Position numbers and translations under genes: made by a program
The notes under the pieces: model-generated
The model's input: the letters and a program-made list of their open reading frames with translations, nothing else
The model's database searches: none
What the model was told of the DNA's origin: nothing
Source: the human T2T-CHM13v2.0 reference genome, Homo sapiens
DNA length: 64,000 nt
Reading direction: 5' to 3' (one strand)
NCBI RefSeq assembly: GCF_009914755.1
Contig: NC_060929.1
In this document: positions 1 through 18,480 of the stretch, piece after piece
Layout of the letters: every line of letters begins with the position of its first letter
Position numbering within the stretch: the stretch's first letter is position 1

Positions 1-1480
<1,480 letters not shown>

Positions 1481-3725
1481 GTAACTCTCACATTAGAATT
1501 TGCTATGAGGCAGTTATAAGCTCCTATTAAATTGATGGTAATGAGGATTTTTTTCTGAATAGTTTCTATTTCATACATTTTTCATTGTATTGATTACTTT
1601 TTATTGGTCTCTATCTTCCATATTAGAGGCTTTCTTTGGATATTTGGTAATATTGGCTGTCTTCTCATGATTAAGAAAGTTAAGATATAATATGAAACTA
1701 TGAAAACTTAAGTAGTATTTATTTACTTTGGGCTTCAAAGTGTACTTTACTGGGCAGGTCATTTTGGGGGAATTCCTTACATAAGTATTTTTTGGTATAT
1801 CTTCTTTGATTAGTCAGGTTCCCCAGAGAAAACTTTTTAAACTTCTACTAGAAAGTAAAACTTCAAGTATTGATACTTTGAGAGTTTGTATTCTGGAAAA
1901 AGTGTTGAGATTCTATGAGTTAAGCATTTTATATACGTATATCACAAATTTGAGGTGCAAATCAAGTTAGTTTCTAAACTTTTCACTGCCAGTTTACAAT
2001 TTTTCTGTCCCAGGTTTGGTAAATCGCTTTCCGCTCATCCATCAAATTTCCAGCTTCCACAATGTTGTTGCTGGTTTCTTTTCTTCTGCTCTTCCCACTT
2101 CATGGGTTTATGTTTAAATAGCAAACAAACACGCAAGAATGCCATTGTAGTTTTAGGGTGTTTGGGAGGAAAAACATTTACATAAATTTTTTCAATCTTC
2201 ATTCTTAACTTGAAACCATTTCTGTCTTGAATACAAATCATTCCAGCTTTTCCTTTCACCACTCAAAACAAACTGCATTTATTGAGGTCACTAATTGTAC
2301 TAGCCCATTTTCACACTGCTGATAAAGACATACACAAGACAGGGCAATTTACAAAAGAAAAATGTTTATTGGACTGGTGAGTTTATTGGCCTGGAGAGGC
2401 CTAACAATCATGGTGGAAGGTGAAAGGCATACCTCACATGATGGCAGACGAGAGAAGAGAGCCTGTGCAGGGAAATTTGCCCTTTTAAAACCATCAGATT
2501 GTGAGACTTATTCACTAACACGAGAACAGCACAGGAAAGGCCTGCTCCCATGGTTCAGTTACCTCACATTCTGTCCCTCCAACAACACCTGGGCATTCAA
2601 GATGAGATTAGGGTGGGGACACAGCCAAATCATATAATTCCACCCCTGTCCCCTCCCAAATCTCATGTCCTCATATTTCAAAACCAATGATGCCTTCCCA
2701 ACAGCCCCCCAAGTCTTAACTCATTTCAGCATTAACTCAAAAGTCCACAGTCCCAAGTCTTATCTGAGACAAGGCAAGTCCCTTCGGCCTCCGCGCCTGT
2801 AAAATAAAAAGTAAGTTAGTTACTGCCTAGATACAATGGGGGTACAGAAATTGGGTAAATACAGCCATTCCAAATGGGAGAAACTGGCCAAAACAAAGGG
2901 GCTAAAGGCCCCATGCAAGTCCAAAATCCAGCAGAGCAGTCAAATCTTAAAGCTCCAAAATGATCTCCTTTGACTCCATGTCTCACATCCAGGTCACACT
3001 GATGCAAGAGGTGGACTCCTGCAGCCTTGGGCAGTTCCACCTCTGTGGCTTTGCAGGGTATATCCCCCTCCTGGCTGCTTTCACTGGCTAACATTGAGTG
3101 TCTGTGGCTTTTCCAGGTACACAGTGCAAGCTGTCAGTGGATCTACCATTCTGGGGTCTGGAGGACATTGGCCCTCTTCTCACAGCTCCACTAGACAGTG
3201 CCCCAGTAGGGACTCTGTGTGGGGGCTCCAGCCCCCATTTCCCTTCCACATTGCCCTAGCACAGGTTCTCCATGAGGGCACCATCCCTGCAGCAAACTTC
3301 TGCCTGGGCACCCAGGTGTTTCCATACATCCTCTGAAATCTAGGCTGAGGTTCCCAAACCTCTGTTTTTGACTTCTGTGCACCCACAGGCTCAGCACTAC
3401 ATGGAAGCTGTCAAGGCTTGGGGCTTCCACCCTCTGAAGCAACAGCCCAAGCTGTACCTCGGCCCCTTTAGCCATGGCTAGAACAGCTGGGACGCAGGGC
3501 ACTAGGTTCCTAGGCTGCACACAGCACAGGGACCCTGGGCCCAGCCCACAAAACCACTTTTTCTTCCTAGGCCTCCAGGCCTGTGATGGGAGGGACTGCC
3601 ATGAAGACCTATGACATTTCCTGGAGACATTTTCCCTATTGTCTTGGATATTAACGTTTGGCTCCTCATTACTTATGCAAATTTCTGCAGTCAGTTTGAA
3701 TTTCTCCTCAGAAAATGCGATTTTT

Positions 3726-4068
<343 letters not shown>

Positions 4069-4128
4069 TCAGGCTGTAAATTTTCCAAACTTTTATGTTC
4101 TGCTTCCTTTATAAAACTGAGTGCCTTT

Positions 4129-4414
4129 GGCCAGGGTGCTGTGGCTCACGGCTGTAATCCCAGCACTTTGGGAGGCCAAGGCAGGTGGATCACCTGAGGT
4201 CAAGAGTTCGAGACAAGCCTGCCCAACATGGTGAAACTCCACCTCTACTAAAAATATAAAAATTAGCTGGGTGTGGTGCCGTGCACCTGTATTCTGAGCT
4301 ACTTGGGAGGTTGAGGCAGGAGAATCACTTGAATCTGAGAGGTGGAGGTTGCAGTGAGCAGGGGTCATGCCATTGCACCAGGAGCGAAACTCCATCTCAA
4401 AAAAAAGAAAAAAA
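4129..4414 (+). mobile_element. AluS (Sp/Sq-like), nested in THE1B-int, small 3' deletion
   Basis: TSD aaaa(c/t)tgagtgccttt at 4113-4128 and 4415-4430; lacks the ctccagcctggg segment. Confidence 0.93.
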
Positions 4415-5229
4415 AAAATTGAGTGCCTTTAACAGTACCCAAGTCACCTCTTAAATCCTTTGCTGCTTAGAAATTTCTTCTGCTAGATACCCTCAATCAT
4501 CTCTCTCAAGTTCAAAGTTCCACAAATCTCTAGGGCAGGGGCAAAATGACACCAGTCTCTTTCTTTGCTAAAATATAACAAGAGTCACCTTTGCTCCAGT
4601 TCCCGACAAGTTACTCATCTCCATCTGAGACCACCTCAGCCTGGATTTCATTGTCCACATCATTATAAGCATTTTGGTCTAAGCCATTTGACAAGTCTCT
4701 AGGGAGTTCCAAACTTTCCCTCACTTTCCTGTCTTCTTCTGAGCCCTCCAAACTGTTCTAACCTCTGCCTGTTACCCAGTTCCAAAGTCACTTCCACATT
4801 TTCAGGTATCTTTTCAGCAGTGCCCCACTCTCCCACTACCAGTTTACTGTATTAGTTCATTTTCACATTGCTGATAAAGACATACCCAAGACTGTGCAAT
4901 TTACAAAAGAAAGAACTTTAATTAGACTTACAGTTCCACATGGCTGGGTAGGCGTCACAATCATGGCAGAAGGTGAAAGGCACATCTCACATGGTGGCGG
5001 ACAAGAGAAGAGAGCTTGTGCGGGGAAACTCCCCATTTTAAAACCATCAGATCTCCTGTGACTTATTCACTGTCATGAGAACAGCACAGAAAAGACCTGC
5101 CCCCATGATTCAATTACCTCCCACTGGGTCCCTCCCACAACACATGGGAATTCAAGATGAGATTTGGGTTGGGACACAGCCAAACAATATCACTAATGAA
5201 TCTAAATTCATTTCTAAATTCAGTGATAT

Positions 5230-6695
<1,466 letters not shown>

Positions 6696-6714
6696 AGACT
6701 TCAAGGTAGATTAG

Positions 6715-6835
6715 TTCCATCTTCATTTTCCATGTGAGAAAATTGAAGCTCAGAATTAAGTGACTTGCCAAAGGCTTCAAAATTTCTTAATGTATATAGC
6801 ACAATTTAATTCAGATCTCTCTGACTTCAGTGTCT
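6715..6835 (-). mobile_element. MIR fragment
   Basis: cattttccatgtgagaaaattgaagctcaga...aagtgacttgccaaagg matches the reversed MIR core. Confidence 0.7.
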
Positions 6836-7335
6836 CTGTTCGATCTGAAGAGTAAACTGCAACTGATAAGTAACTAGGATAAAAAGTAGAAATTGTCTAG
6901 TGGACTAAAGAACAAACAAATTTACTGGTGACTTTGTCAGCAGTAATCCCATAAAAGTAATAAGATAGAAGCCATAATGTAATGGTTCGGGAATAAATGT
7001 AGACAGTTGGCTATTTTTTTCAAGGTCATAAAAAAGAGGAAAAAAGGTATGTAAAGTGACTTTTAAGATGTGAGAATTATGAGTGTGTTTATATGCAAAA
7101 AATTATGAGCCAGCTAAGTGTAGATAAAGTGCTAAGGGAAGGAGGGGAGAAAAGTGATGAAGAAAAATTGCCAAGTGGATGGAAGAAATTGTGACAGGAA
7201 ACAGGCAGAAAGGTTTTCTTTTAAAATAATATTTATAATTATAAATTATTGTATTCATTCAGTAAATATTTCTTAAGTTATAAGGCTCTAGGCCCTGTAA
7301 CTAGGTCTTGGATATATAGTGGTGAATAAAAATGA

Positions 7336-7708
<373 letters not shown>

Positions 7709-7730
7709 TATTATACTCATTTTTTTTTTA

Positions 7731-8009
<279 letters not shown>

Positions 8010-10562
8010 TCACTTCTCTCCACAATTTGGGAAGAGAAAAGTCATTAAATATTTCACAAAGATCATTACACATTCTACAGATAAATTTAACATAGGTTCA
8101 TAAGATAGTTAAAGTCTTCGTAGCTATTTCGGGTGATCAGAGATAGCATCGCTGAGGGGGTGATATTTAGGCTATGATATATATGTTTTTTTCATTGTAC
8201 TCACATATGAGTATAATAAAAAGTGCTAGAAGACTTTCCACTAAATGACTTGGAAAAGAGCACTCCAGGTACATGGGAGAGCTAGTGCTAGGAGATACAT
8301 GGATTTAAGCTTTGTATAATTGGGAATTGGAAAATGTGTTGAGAAGTCTAATGTGTCTGGAGAAGTAAAGAGTGAGGATGAAAAACAGTGGAACTCCAGA
8401 TCTCAGTCAGTTCACATAGTTATATAGTCCCCAGATCAGGCGCAAATTTGTGAGCCTGTGGAGTTTGAATGGTGTATTAAGTGCAAGAAAGCGTCATCAA
8501 AAAGTTTTAAGTATTTAATTAATGAATTTATGTTTTTGAGATATTAGTCTAATTTTAGGGGGACCGAGTGACTGGATTTCTTCATGCAAAGTAAAATAGA
8601 ATTTCAGTTTAACTTCTGGTTTTAAACAAGTCTTTACAGACTTTTACAAGTAGTAGTTTATTCACTGCAAAAATAGAGTATAAATCCATCTCTACCTATC
8701 TTACTCAGTGACTATAAATACACTCAATTCATCTTCCCAATTTCGTGAAATTGAGAAATGGATAGAAGTTCCTGGAACAAAACATTGGGAGGAAAAGTAA
8801 ATTCATCCCTTAATTTTGTCATAATTTACTATTTATGAAGTCCTGTGCTAAGTGCTAGAGGCAAAAGAGCCCTAAGAACAACATGGCAAATTCCCATGTA
8901 GGGAAGAAAGTGGGCTATTAAGTAGTTAATAAAACAGGAGCCAAAGGTTGATATTATAATCATTTGCTATATTTATCAACTGAATTAGAGTTACTAGTTT
9001 TAGAATGAAATGGAATTGAATAGGTTAAATTAAAAAAAAAGTACTTTGGCCATGTCATTAATAGTCACTTTGCAAAGACAAAATAAAAAGAATGAATTCC
9101 ATGTAGAATCAAAATATAGTATATGGGGCCCACAGATGTAGCTAGTCCACATGACACTCCACACAGAAAAAACAAACAAACATATAAAACAGAGCAATAC
9201 AGAACAAGCAAACAAAAAGACATAGGAGATAGTCTGAAGAATGACAGAATACAATGCATAAATGAATGCTATTCAGAAGAATACTTCAAAAAAGATGAAA
9301 TGCAAGAATAATTATGTTAGGCGATTTGTTAAATCTTACTTTTTATGGAAATTCTTTCCATGTCATTCTCCTAGCAGACTAGGCTATGCTGTCCTCCAAA
9401 GCAAAGAACATTGCCATGGAAAATAATGTTGCATGGTGGTTAGGAGCATGAGCTTTGGTGGCTAAACAATAACACCACCAACAAAAGCTGTATTTAAACT
9501 CTGTCTATACAATTTGCTATCTGTGGAAACTTTAACAAGATAATCATCAACACAGTAACTCCTTTTCCAAAAGAAAGAACCAGGGGGACAGATATTTTAA
9601 AGCTAGAAAAGAACTTGAGACAATCAACAGTTAAGAAAATATTAGATAATATTGGAAATATAGGAGAAAATACTTTCAACCTATACATATGGTAAGAGAT
9701 TACTACCCAAAATATATAAGGAACTCATGCAGCTCTATAGTAAAATAACAATCTGATTTTTTTAAATATGCAAAGGACTTGAATAGACATTTTATCAAAG
9801 AAGGCATACAAAGGTGCAACAGGCAAATGAAAAGGAGTTCAACACCACTAGTTATCGGGGAAATGCAAATCACAATAACCGTGAGATTTTACCTTATACC
9901 TGTTAGAATGGCTACTATCAAAAAGAAAAAAGATAACAGGGGTTGGCAAGAATGTAGAAAAAAGGGAAGCCTTGTGCACTGTTGGTGATAATATAAGCTG
10001 ATACAGACATTATCAAAAACAGTATGAAGGTTCCTCAAAAAATTGAAAATAGAACAACCATATGATTTAGCATTCCTGTATCTGGGCATCTATCCAAAGG
10101 AAATGAAGTGAGAATTCTCCAAGACCTATCTGATATCCGCAGTCCCATGTTCATTGCAGTATTATTCACCAAAGCCAAGATACAGAAACAAACTAAATGC
10201 CTCTCAGTGGATGAATGAATGAAGAAAATGTTTATATACACAATGCAATATTTTTCAATCTTAGAAAAGGACATCCTGCCATTTGAGACAACATGGACAA
10301 AACTGGAGGACATCATGCTAAATTAAATAAGCCACACACAAAAAGGCAAATACAGCATCCTTTATATATGAATTTAAAATAGCCAAACTTACAGAATCAG
10401 AGAGTAGAATAATCGTTGCCAGGGACTGGAGGAGGAGGAAAGGGGGAGATGTTGGTCAAGGGGTACAAAGTTTTAGTCACGCAAGATGGGTAAGTTCTGG
10501 GGATCTAATGTACAGCATGGTGACTATTGTTAGCCACACATGAAATACTTGAAAATGAGTAG

Positions 10563-10784
<222 letters not shown>

Positions 10785-10798
10785 TAAGTGTTCTTAAC

Positions 10799-10806
<8 letters not shown>

Positions 10807-10842
<36 letters not shown>
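10807..10842. repeat. (AC)18 microsatellite
   Basis: Directly visible. Confidence 0.95.
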
Positions 10843-10844
<2 letters not shown>

Positions 10845-10940
10845 AACTATGTGAAGTATTGGGTAAGTTAATTAGCTTAATGTGATGATCATGTCATAAT
10901 GTATACATATGTTAAAACATCAAGTTGTACACCTTAAATA

Positions 10941-11010
10941 CAGTCATGTGCTGCCTGATGATATTTTATACAATGACAGATCACCTATATGATGGCAATA
11001 TCATAAGCTT
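10941..11010 (+). mobile_element. Tigger3/MER7 terminal fragment
   Basis: TA|cagtcatgtgctgcctgatgat...acagatcacctatatgatggc resembles the CpG-decayed Tigger3 start CAGTCATGCGCCGCATAACGAC. Confidence 0.6.
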
Positions 11011-11204
11011 TTTAAAGCAAACCTCTGCTTTATTTCTGCATGTGTTTCCCATTGCTCTCTGCTCTTCCTTATGCGTCTACATTGAAGTGGGAAAAGTTTC
11101 TCAAATAAAAGAAGGTATAATATCAAAAGAAATGTATAACATGGTGAGAACAACCACAGACAAAAAAGCAGTAAAGTGCTGGGCATCTTTCTACACATAA
11201 TTAG

Positions 11205-11362
11205 TGTTATATAAATATATGTATATATGTATAATCACATATATTTATGTGATTATACATATATTTGTTATTTATACATATATTTATGTTATTTATACAT
11301 ATACACATACATATTCATGTCTATGTCTGCATATCTCTATATGTCTATCTATCTATATCTAT
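11205..11362. repeat. TA-rich low-complexity tract
   Basis: Degenerate (TA)/(TATG)/(TATC) repeats. Confidence 0.8.
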
Positions 11363-13099
11363 TAGGACACACATACCATATTAGGCTATTGCCAAGTATA
11401 TATAGAATCCTAAATGGGGTAAACCAGTCATTTACAATTATCATCTCAGTGTGTTTCTTTTGAATACCCTTCATATCTATTTGCTTCAAGAGAGAACTCA
11501 AGTTTAAATGGGAACAGATGCCAGTGATTAAACTAAATTCAAAGTTTGGGGTCCTCTGATCCTCAAATATCAATACCTGCTTCATACTTCAGTGATGTTT
11601 GTTGGAACATCAATATGCAGGAAAGCACACTATAAATGGTGAAACAGCATTTTACCTTGCTCTATGGCGAAGTCCCAAATATATTGGCCTTGTTTTTGTC
11701 ACATCAGACATTTGTGCCAAAACACGAAGTCTATTAAAGATATTTGCCGTATCCATAGAGTGATTTGAACCCTTTTAAAATTTGCTCATCGCTAACCTAA
11801 TGCATAATAAGCATCCGATTAAAATCATTTTAGAATTGGCATATAAAAGATGTCGCCATTACAGCCATGTTTTCAGGAGTGAGAAAAATTCCTGCTGAAG
11901 CTACAGCTGGAAAATAATTTGCTGAAAAATCGGCTGAAGCGGGAGGTTCCAGCTCATTGAAACTCAATTTATTATATGCTTAAATGACTCCTGGAACAGT
12001 GGAATATGTAGGCAGTACAACTAGACAAGGCAAATTCTGTGCTGATAACAAATGTGTAAAACTCCAATACCTATTGGAGAAGTGATAGCAGCCAAAATCC
12101 TATACTTGCCAACTAGTAGAAAATGTGAACACGCTGTTAGATAATTAACATTTTTCTTATTATGCAGGACTGGTTAGTGAACATGTAACTCAACTTTTTC
12201 CCCCCTGGATACGTTGCAACTTGAAAAAGCATATGATCAAAGCAAAGCACAGTTTTCTGAGAAAGCTTGGGAATATATGCTGTAAAGTTGTGATCTATTA
12301 GCCTGTGGCTTGAGTGTTTGGGCAGCTATTTAACATCCTGATTCCCATTTGCTGAATATACAGGTGACTACAGCTCTACGGTAACAGATCTATAATCTCT
12401 CAGGGAGAGGTATCTGGGACTTCAGTTAATAAGGTGGTAGCTTAGACATTTTATCTTGCACAGTTCTATTAAATTTGAACTTAATAGTAGTGAAGCACTT
12501 GCTATGCTGATGTTGAAACCTACTTGCTCTGTCTTACTATTGTCTATGTGTAGATAACACTGGAATCGAAATTCTTAAAGCTATTTAACTTAATGTAGAT
12601 TTCAAAATGGCCAATAATAATAATTAATAATAGTGTGACATTTTGAGCACTTATATGCTTTTAAATAAAATATTTTGTAAAAGTTGATTTGATTTTCTAG
12701 TATTTTATGTAAAATGGAATTTAGTTCCTGATGATGGCCAAACAATGAGAAAGTGATATGATCCAATGCTTTCCAGATGTAACACATGGAGTAAGCATTT
12801 AACACATATTTCATATGTGGATAATTGAGAATATATTTGCAAACAGGAATTTTAGTTTACCTTTCTCTTTACCCAGAAGATACGTTATTTTGAAAATAAT
12901 TATCTGATTAAGAAAGGTAGCCTTATAATACAGCTTTGTTTAGTCATTGCCCAAAAGTTTGGCACAGACTAACTTTCAAATTGCAAATTGGTGTGTTTAG
13001 TAAACATTTCTTGGAATTAGTTAAACTTGCACTTATTTTCTTTTCATCAGTTTATCAAGACAGAAAGGCCTCAATGGTCTTTATTCTCCCTTTCTGCCT

Positions 13100-13135
13100 G
13101 TCTCTCACTCTCTCTCTCTCACACACACACACACA
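13100..13135. repeat. (CT)n(CA)n compound microsatellite
   Basis: Directly visible. Confidence 0.85.
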
Positions 13136-14803
13136 AACATACTTTTTTTTTCTTTTTTCGCTAAACTTAAACATATAGCCAAGAAAATCATCACGATGAC
13201 TAACTAGCCACCATGGCCCTAAACACAGCCATTGATACCATCAGTTGCTTTTTATGATGATAGTGATGATTAGAATTTGACTTCACTTAAACTTTTTGAA
13301 AGTGAAGATCAGAATGTTTAGTAGCTAGACAAACATATAAACCACAGGCTAGTAAACTGTAATTCCACAATTTATCATACAGAATGACTCTTTTTAAAAA
13401 TGTTTGCTCAGAAAACTGTTTTATCGTGATCACCATCTTTGTCATCTCCTCTTCCTATTTATAACTTATTTTGCATCTACCATACACCTGATCCTCTACC
13501 AAGAGTTTCCTGTACATAATTTTATGCTCAATATAGCTCCTACCATCCCATGAACCTACCTTCCTTTCCCGGAGTCCTTCAGCTTCCCTGGACTTTTAAA
13601 AGTTCCTCAGTTTCTCATCCTCTCACTTAATTCTGAGGTTGCTATACCCTCAGTAAGTATTGTTCTCTTCTATATCACCTGCTATTTCCTCGATAGGCTG
13701 TCATGTTTTGGCCTTTAATTTTATATAATTACGGAAACATCTCCTACATCCATTGACAAATTTAGATTCCCTAAACTTCTTTTTGTAATTATTTACATGA
13801 TCATTTATGTAATGCACGTTTCCTCCATAGTAATGAAGCTCTGTAAGGGTAGGAACTCTCTAACTTAGGCAACTTATATACCGCCTTTGCCCAGAATAAT
13901 ATCAAATACATAGCTGAATATTATCTTAAATATGTAAACCATTTCATTTATTCACCATGTTTAATTCTCCCAACTCCCTATCTGGTATGATTATGTTTAG
14001 TTAACAGACAGGAAGTAAAGTTAGACAAGTTAAATAAATAAATAATTTCTGAGTAGTAAGACAAGGATTCTGTCGTCAATTTTTTGGCTCTAAATTCCAG
14101 GATTTTTAGCCTTAGATTATGTTTACTGAATATCTGCTAAGGCATTTATTCACCTAACATCAAGTGTCAGACCCCATGCTAAAGGTGAAATTCAAAGATG
14201 GCTAAGACTTCATCTTTGCCTTCAAGTAGTGTAGATTGTAATGGATCAAATGAAAAAGCTTAAACATTTCCTATGGGAAAATAGTCCAAATTTTGATTGA
14301 AATTTCAAATACATTTTTCCTTCCCACACAGATGATGAAGTTCATCTTCAGGGAATTTCTAGAAAATGAAGCCATTAAAAACTTGATACCAGAGATGGTA
14401 TCAATTTTGATCCTAAATGAGAAAAATGCAAGATGTGTAAAAAAGAGGATTGTTGTCACAATAACTTATAATTAGGAAGGTGACACCTTCCTCTTTCATA
14501 ATAATGACCAGAGACAAGAATTTGTCAATTCAACAATGCTAAGTAAATTTGAAATTAGATTCTAAAATTTGGAAGTTATTGTAAAGTTGTGTGTTTTATA
14601 ATATATGTGAGCAATATATATGTAGCATAAAAATTACATATTTTATAATATATATTCGCTAAAATAAGGTATGTCTTGTTACCATTTTGTAGCATCTCAT
14701 ATCAATAATAATAAAAGATACTAATAAGTGATTACTGATATTTCTCTTTAATTGGCATTTTGTCTTCATATTCCAAATTGTTTTATTTGTTTGAAAAAAA
14801 TGG

Positions 14804-15111
14804 GGCCCGGCATGGTAGCCAAGGCCTGTAATCTCAATGCCTTTGCAGGCCAAAACAGGAGGACCACTTGCAGCCAGGAATACAAGACCAGCCTGAGCAA
14901 AATAGTGAGATACCCATCTCAACAAAAAAATTTAAAAATTAGCTGGGTATGGTGGCACATGCCTGTAGTACCAGCTACTTGGGAGGCTGAGGCAGGAGGA
15001 TCACTTGAGCCCAAGAGTTTAAGGCTGTAGTGGGTCAGGCTGCAGTGAGCCATCTATCTTACCACTACACTCCAGCCTGGGGAACAGAGTGAGACCCTGT
15101 GTCTAAAAAAA
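14804..15111 (+). mobile_element. AluJ
   Basis: ggaggatcacttgagcccaagagtt and gagaccctgt are J-type diagnostics. Confidence 0.9.
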
Positions 15112-15760
15112 GGGGGTAAGGTGGTGAAAAGTAGAGAAAAATGGGAAATGGGCCACAAAAATATTAAGTTTGTGAATAAGTTTTGAGATTCATGATTTAT
15201 GTGTGAGTTCAGTCTAATTTTTAGAATGCCCAACTTACACTCTGTTTCCTCTCAAAATTACAGCAAAACTCCAGAAATATCCACAATCTATGCTTAAAAA
15301 ATTATGAAATATGACTTAATATTCTTCTTTAACATGAAAAAGATGGTTACAGTAAAAATGAAATGCCCTCTTTACCCTCTGTCACTACGGAGTTCACCTT
15401 CCTTCACAGGGGTTAGATTTATTTTCTTGTGTATTTTTGCAGGGCTTTTTTTCACAGTGCATTTACAGAAATACAGAATATATAGTTTAGGGTTTTGTGT
15501 GTGGGTGTGTGTGAATCTGTGTATGGTTTTACATAAATGTTCTTGAATAATAGGTTTGTACTTTTGTTTCAGTTTAAATTATCTCTTGGAGAAATTCCTT
15601 TTTATATATCATATATATATTACTTTATATATTATACACTATATGTAATTATCTATAATACATACTATATATATTGCAAACTTGCAGATAGATTTTATTA
15701 CATCTCTTTCAAGCTCATGGATACTAGCTTGCATTACAGACAATAATTTATTAAAGCATT

Positions 15761-16081
15761 AGCAGGGAATGGTGGCTCACGCCTGTAATCCCAACACTTT
15801 GGGAGGCCCAAGTGGGACGGTCCCTTGAGCCCTAGAGTCAGAGACCAGCTTAGGCCAGGTAGTGAGACCCCCACACAACCAAAAAATATATATACATAGA
15901 GAGAGGGAAAATTAGCCTGGCATGGTGGTGTGCACCTGTCATCCCAGCTTACTTGGGAGGCTGAGATGAGAGGATCACTTGTGCCCAGGAGGTTGAGACT
16001 GCACCAAGCCATCATTGTGTCACTCTACTCCAGACCGGGTGACAGAGAGAGACCTTGTATTAAAAAAAAATTAAAAATAAA
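15761..16081 (+). mobile_element. AluJ
   Basis: cttgagccctagagtc, gaggatcacttgtgcccaggaggttgagactgca. Confidence 0.9.
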
Positions 16082-16089
16082 CACAAATT

Positions 16090-16580
16090 AAAGTTTTATT
16101 CTATTGATAGAATTTACTATATTTCCTTTTCATATAGATAATAAGAATGGTGAACATCTTTGTACTTGCCTAGAGTATAAGTATTTCTCTATAAGAAATC
16201 TAGAAGCAGAATTGCTGAGTAAAGAGAATGTGCTTTCAAACTTTTGATAGATACTTAAAAATTGGGTTTCAAGTATACGTGAGAGTTGATTTCTTTATGC
16301 CTGAGTCAACATTAGGTATTTTCACTCATTCAGATATTCCATTGTTTTAATTTGCATTTTTCCAATCATTTATACTTGTTAGCCATTTGAATTATTTCTC
16401 CTTTGATAAATTTGATGTTCATTTTTTAATATTTTTATGAGATCAATTGTCTTTATTCTATTGAATCCTAGTTCCTCATATATTCTGGATATGCATATAT
16501 ATATATAAGAGAGACAGGGATTATGTATGTTTATGAGACAGGTAAAGGGAAATGTTGCAAATATTTTATTTTATACGCTT
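16090..16580 (-). mobile_element. Old L1ME-type fragment
   Basis: tgaacatctttgtac...atttctcta...ctagaagcagaattgctgagtaaagag is reversed old L1 ORF2 tail. Confidence 0.6.
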
Positions 16581-17545
16581 ACTTTCATTAAGGTTGATGG
16601 CACCTTGCTCAGTGGAAGGCTGGTAAATTTACAGTAATAATATTATTTGTCAGATATTGAATGTTACAAAGATAATAGATACTGAACTATGTTCTTACAT
16701 CTATCTATATTTTTAATTAAACTCTTTCAGATAGGAATTTATATTTACACTTTACAATCATGAAAACTGAGGCTTGGTGGAATGATATGATTTACCTAAA
16801 GTCAAATATTAGAAAGTAAAAGAGTCAGAATTTCAATCAGGGTGTGCTGGCTCTCCTCATTCCACTATGCAACTGATATCTACGTAGCTCATGATGTTAT
16901 CTATATCTTACAGCTACATATATGTTATACATAGCTATTGTTATAGCTGTATTATCTACACCTATATCTATGAATTCATTATGTCTTAATAATTTAGGTT
17001 TCTCCTAAATTAGTTTTTACCTGTTTGGTGTTACGTTAAATTATGTGTCTTTGAAAATTTTAAGTTAGTGTAGAAAATGCTGTATTTCACTACAATTAAA
17101 GTGTACTATTGTAGTACCAACCAGTTTCCATTAGAAAGTAGACTGTTTAAGTTGCAGTTATGCTTAAGGCAAAACAAGTAGGTAGGTGTGGCTTTGTTTC
17201 ATCTTTCTATACTTCCCATTGTGAACAGTACTTCTCTTAAGCTCACACTATTCCTCCAGCCTAAAACCTCCCTACTTTCCCTCAGAATTCATATGAATCC
17301 CTCCAACCTCCTCCCCCTTATACCACACCATGATAGAGTAGGCTCTCACATACACCTGCTTTCGAGGGCCTAACATTACAATCCTAGACTTGTATAACTT
17401 TAGAAACCTGCCAGAAAATGAATGTAAAAGCCAGAGAACTATCAGGCTTGGCTGTTTAGGGTAACTCGATATTGTGAGCCTTTCAAAAGAGGCCAGTGGT
17501 AAAGAGTGGCAATGGTGGGCTTCAGAGTTGTTCAGGCCATGATTT

Positions 17546-17856
17546 CATTTATTTTTATTTTTTTAACTTTGATTTTAGGTTCGGGGTACACATGCAGGTT
17601 TGTTACATAGGTAAATTGCATGTCAGGGGGTTTGGTGTACAAATTATTTTGTCACTCTGGTAATAAGCATAGTACCCAATAGGTAGTTTTTCAGTCCCCT
17701 CCCACCCTTCACCCTCAGGTAGGCCCCAGTGTCTGTTGTTCCTTTCTTTGGGTCCATGTGTTCTCACTGTTTAGCTTCCAAATATAAGGGAGAACATGTG
17801 GTATTTGGTTTTCTGTAATAACCAGTTAGCAACATGATGACAGGATCAAAACCACA
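17546..17856 (-). mobile_element. L1PA15/16-like 3' end with an inverted 5' segment (twin priming)
   Basis: Reverse 3' UTR 17546-17816, then sense aataaccagttagcaacatgatgacaggatcaaaaccaca; TSD caggccatgattt at 17533-17545 and 17857-17869. Confidence 0.85.
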
Positions 17857-18149
17857 CAGGCCATGATTTTGGACACATAACCATATAACCTCTCTTCTCC
17901 TGTCCTCTCATCTGTAAAAATAAAGATTGTCATAATTAATTTTAGTATTTAAGGAAATAGTTTGATATTGCAGGGATAGAGAAGACTACAGTCAACATTG
18001 ATGATGATGATTATTATATAGATAGTTTGAAAAAAGTTACAGAAATCTTGACTGTCTTTTTTCCTCCCAACCCATGTCTTCCCTCCTTGAACTTGGTTCC
18101 ATATAACCATTTTCTTGGCCTCAGCTTACACATCTTTTCATCAAGAAGT

Positions 18150-18480
18150 TCTACGCAGGCCTTTCACGCTGTCTCTCAATTCCTGGATGCACTGTACATT
18201 TCATTTCATTGAACATGCTACATTAAAATTATTTATTTACTATCCGAATCCTTCTCTAGACTTTAAGTTCCATGAGGGCAGGGACTTTGGCAGTTTTTGT
18301 TATTGTTGTTGCTTTCTTGCTATATCCCTCATCATGCAAGCACACTATGCAAATTTTGTTAAATTTAAAAACGAATACAGGCATAAATAGATGTGCTGAG
18401 GCATAAATGGATGTATGTCTGAATGAGTGGACAGTGAATGAATAAATGGTTACACGATTGGAAACATGAGTGAATGGATA
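18150..18480 (+). mobile_element. L2 3' fragment
   Basis: ctagactttaagttccatgagggcagggac...tgaatgaataaatg. Confidence 0.65.
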
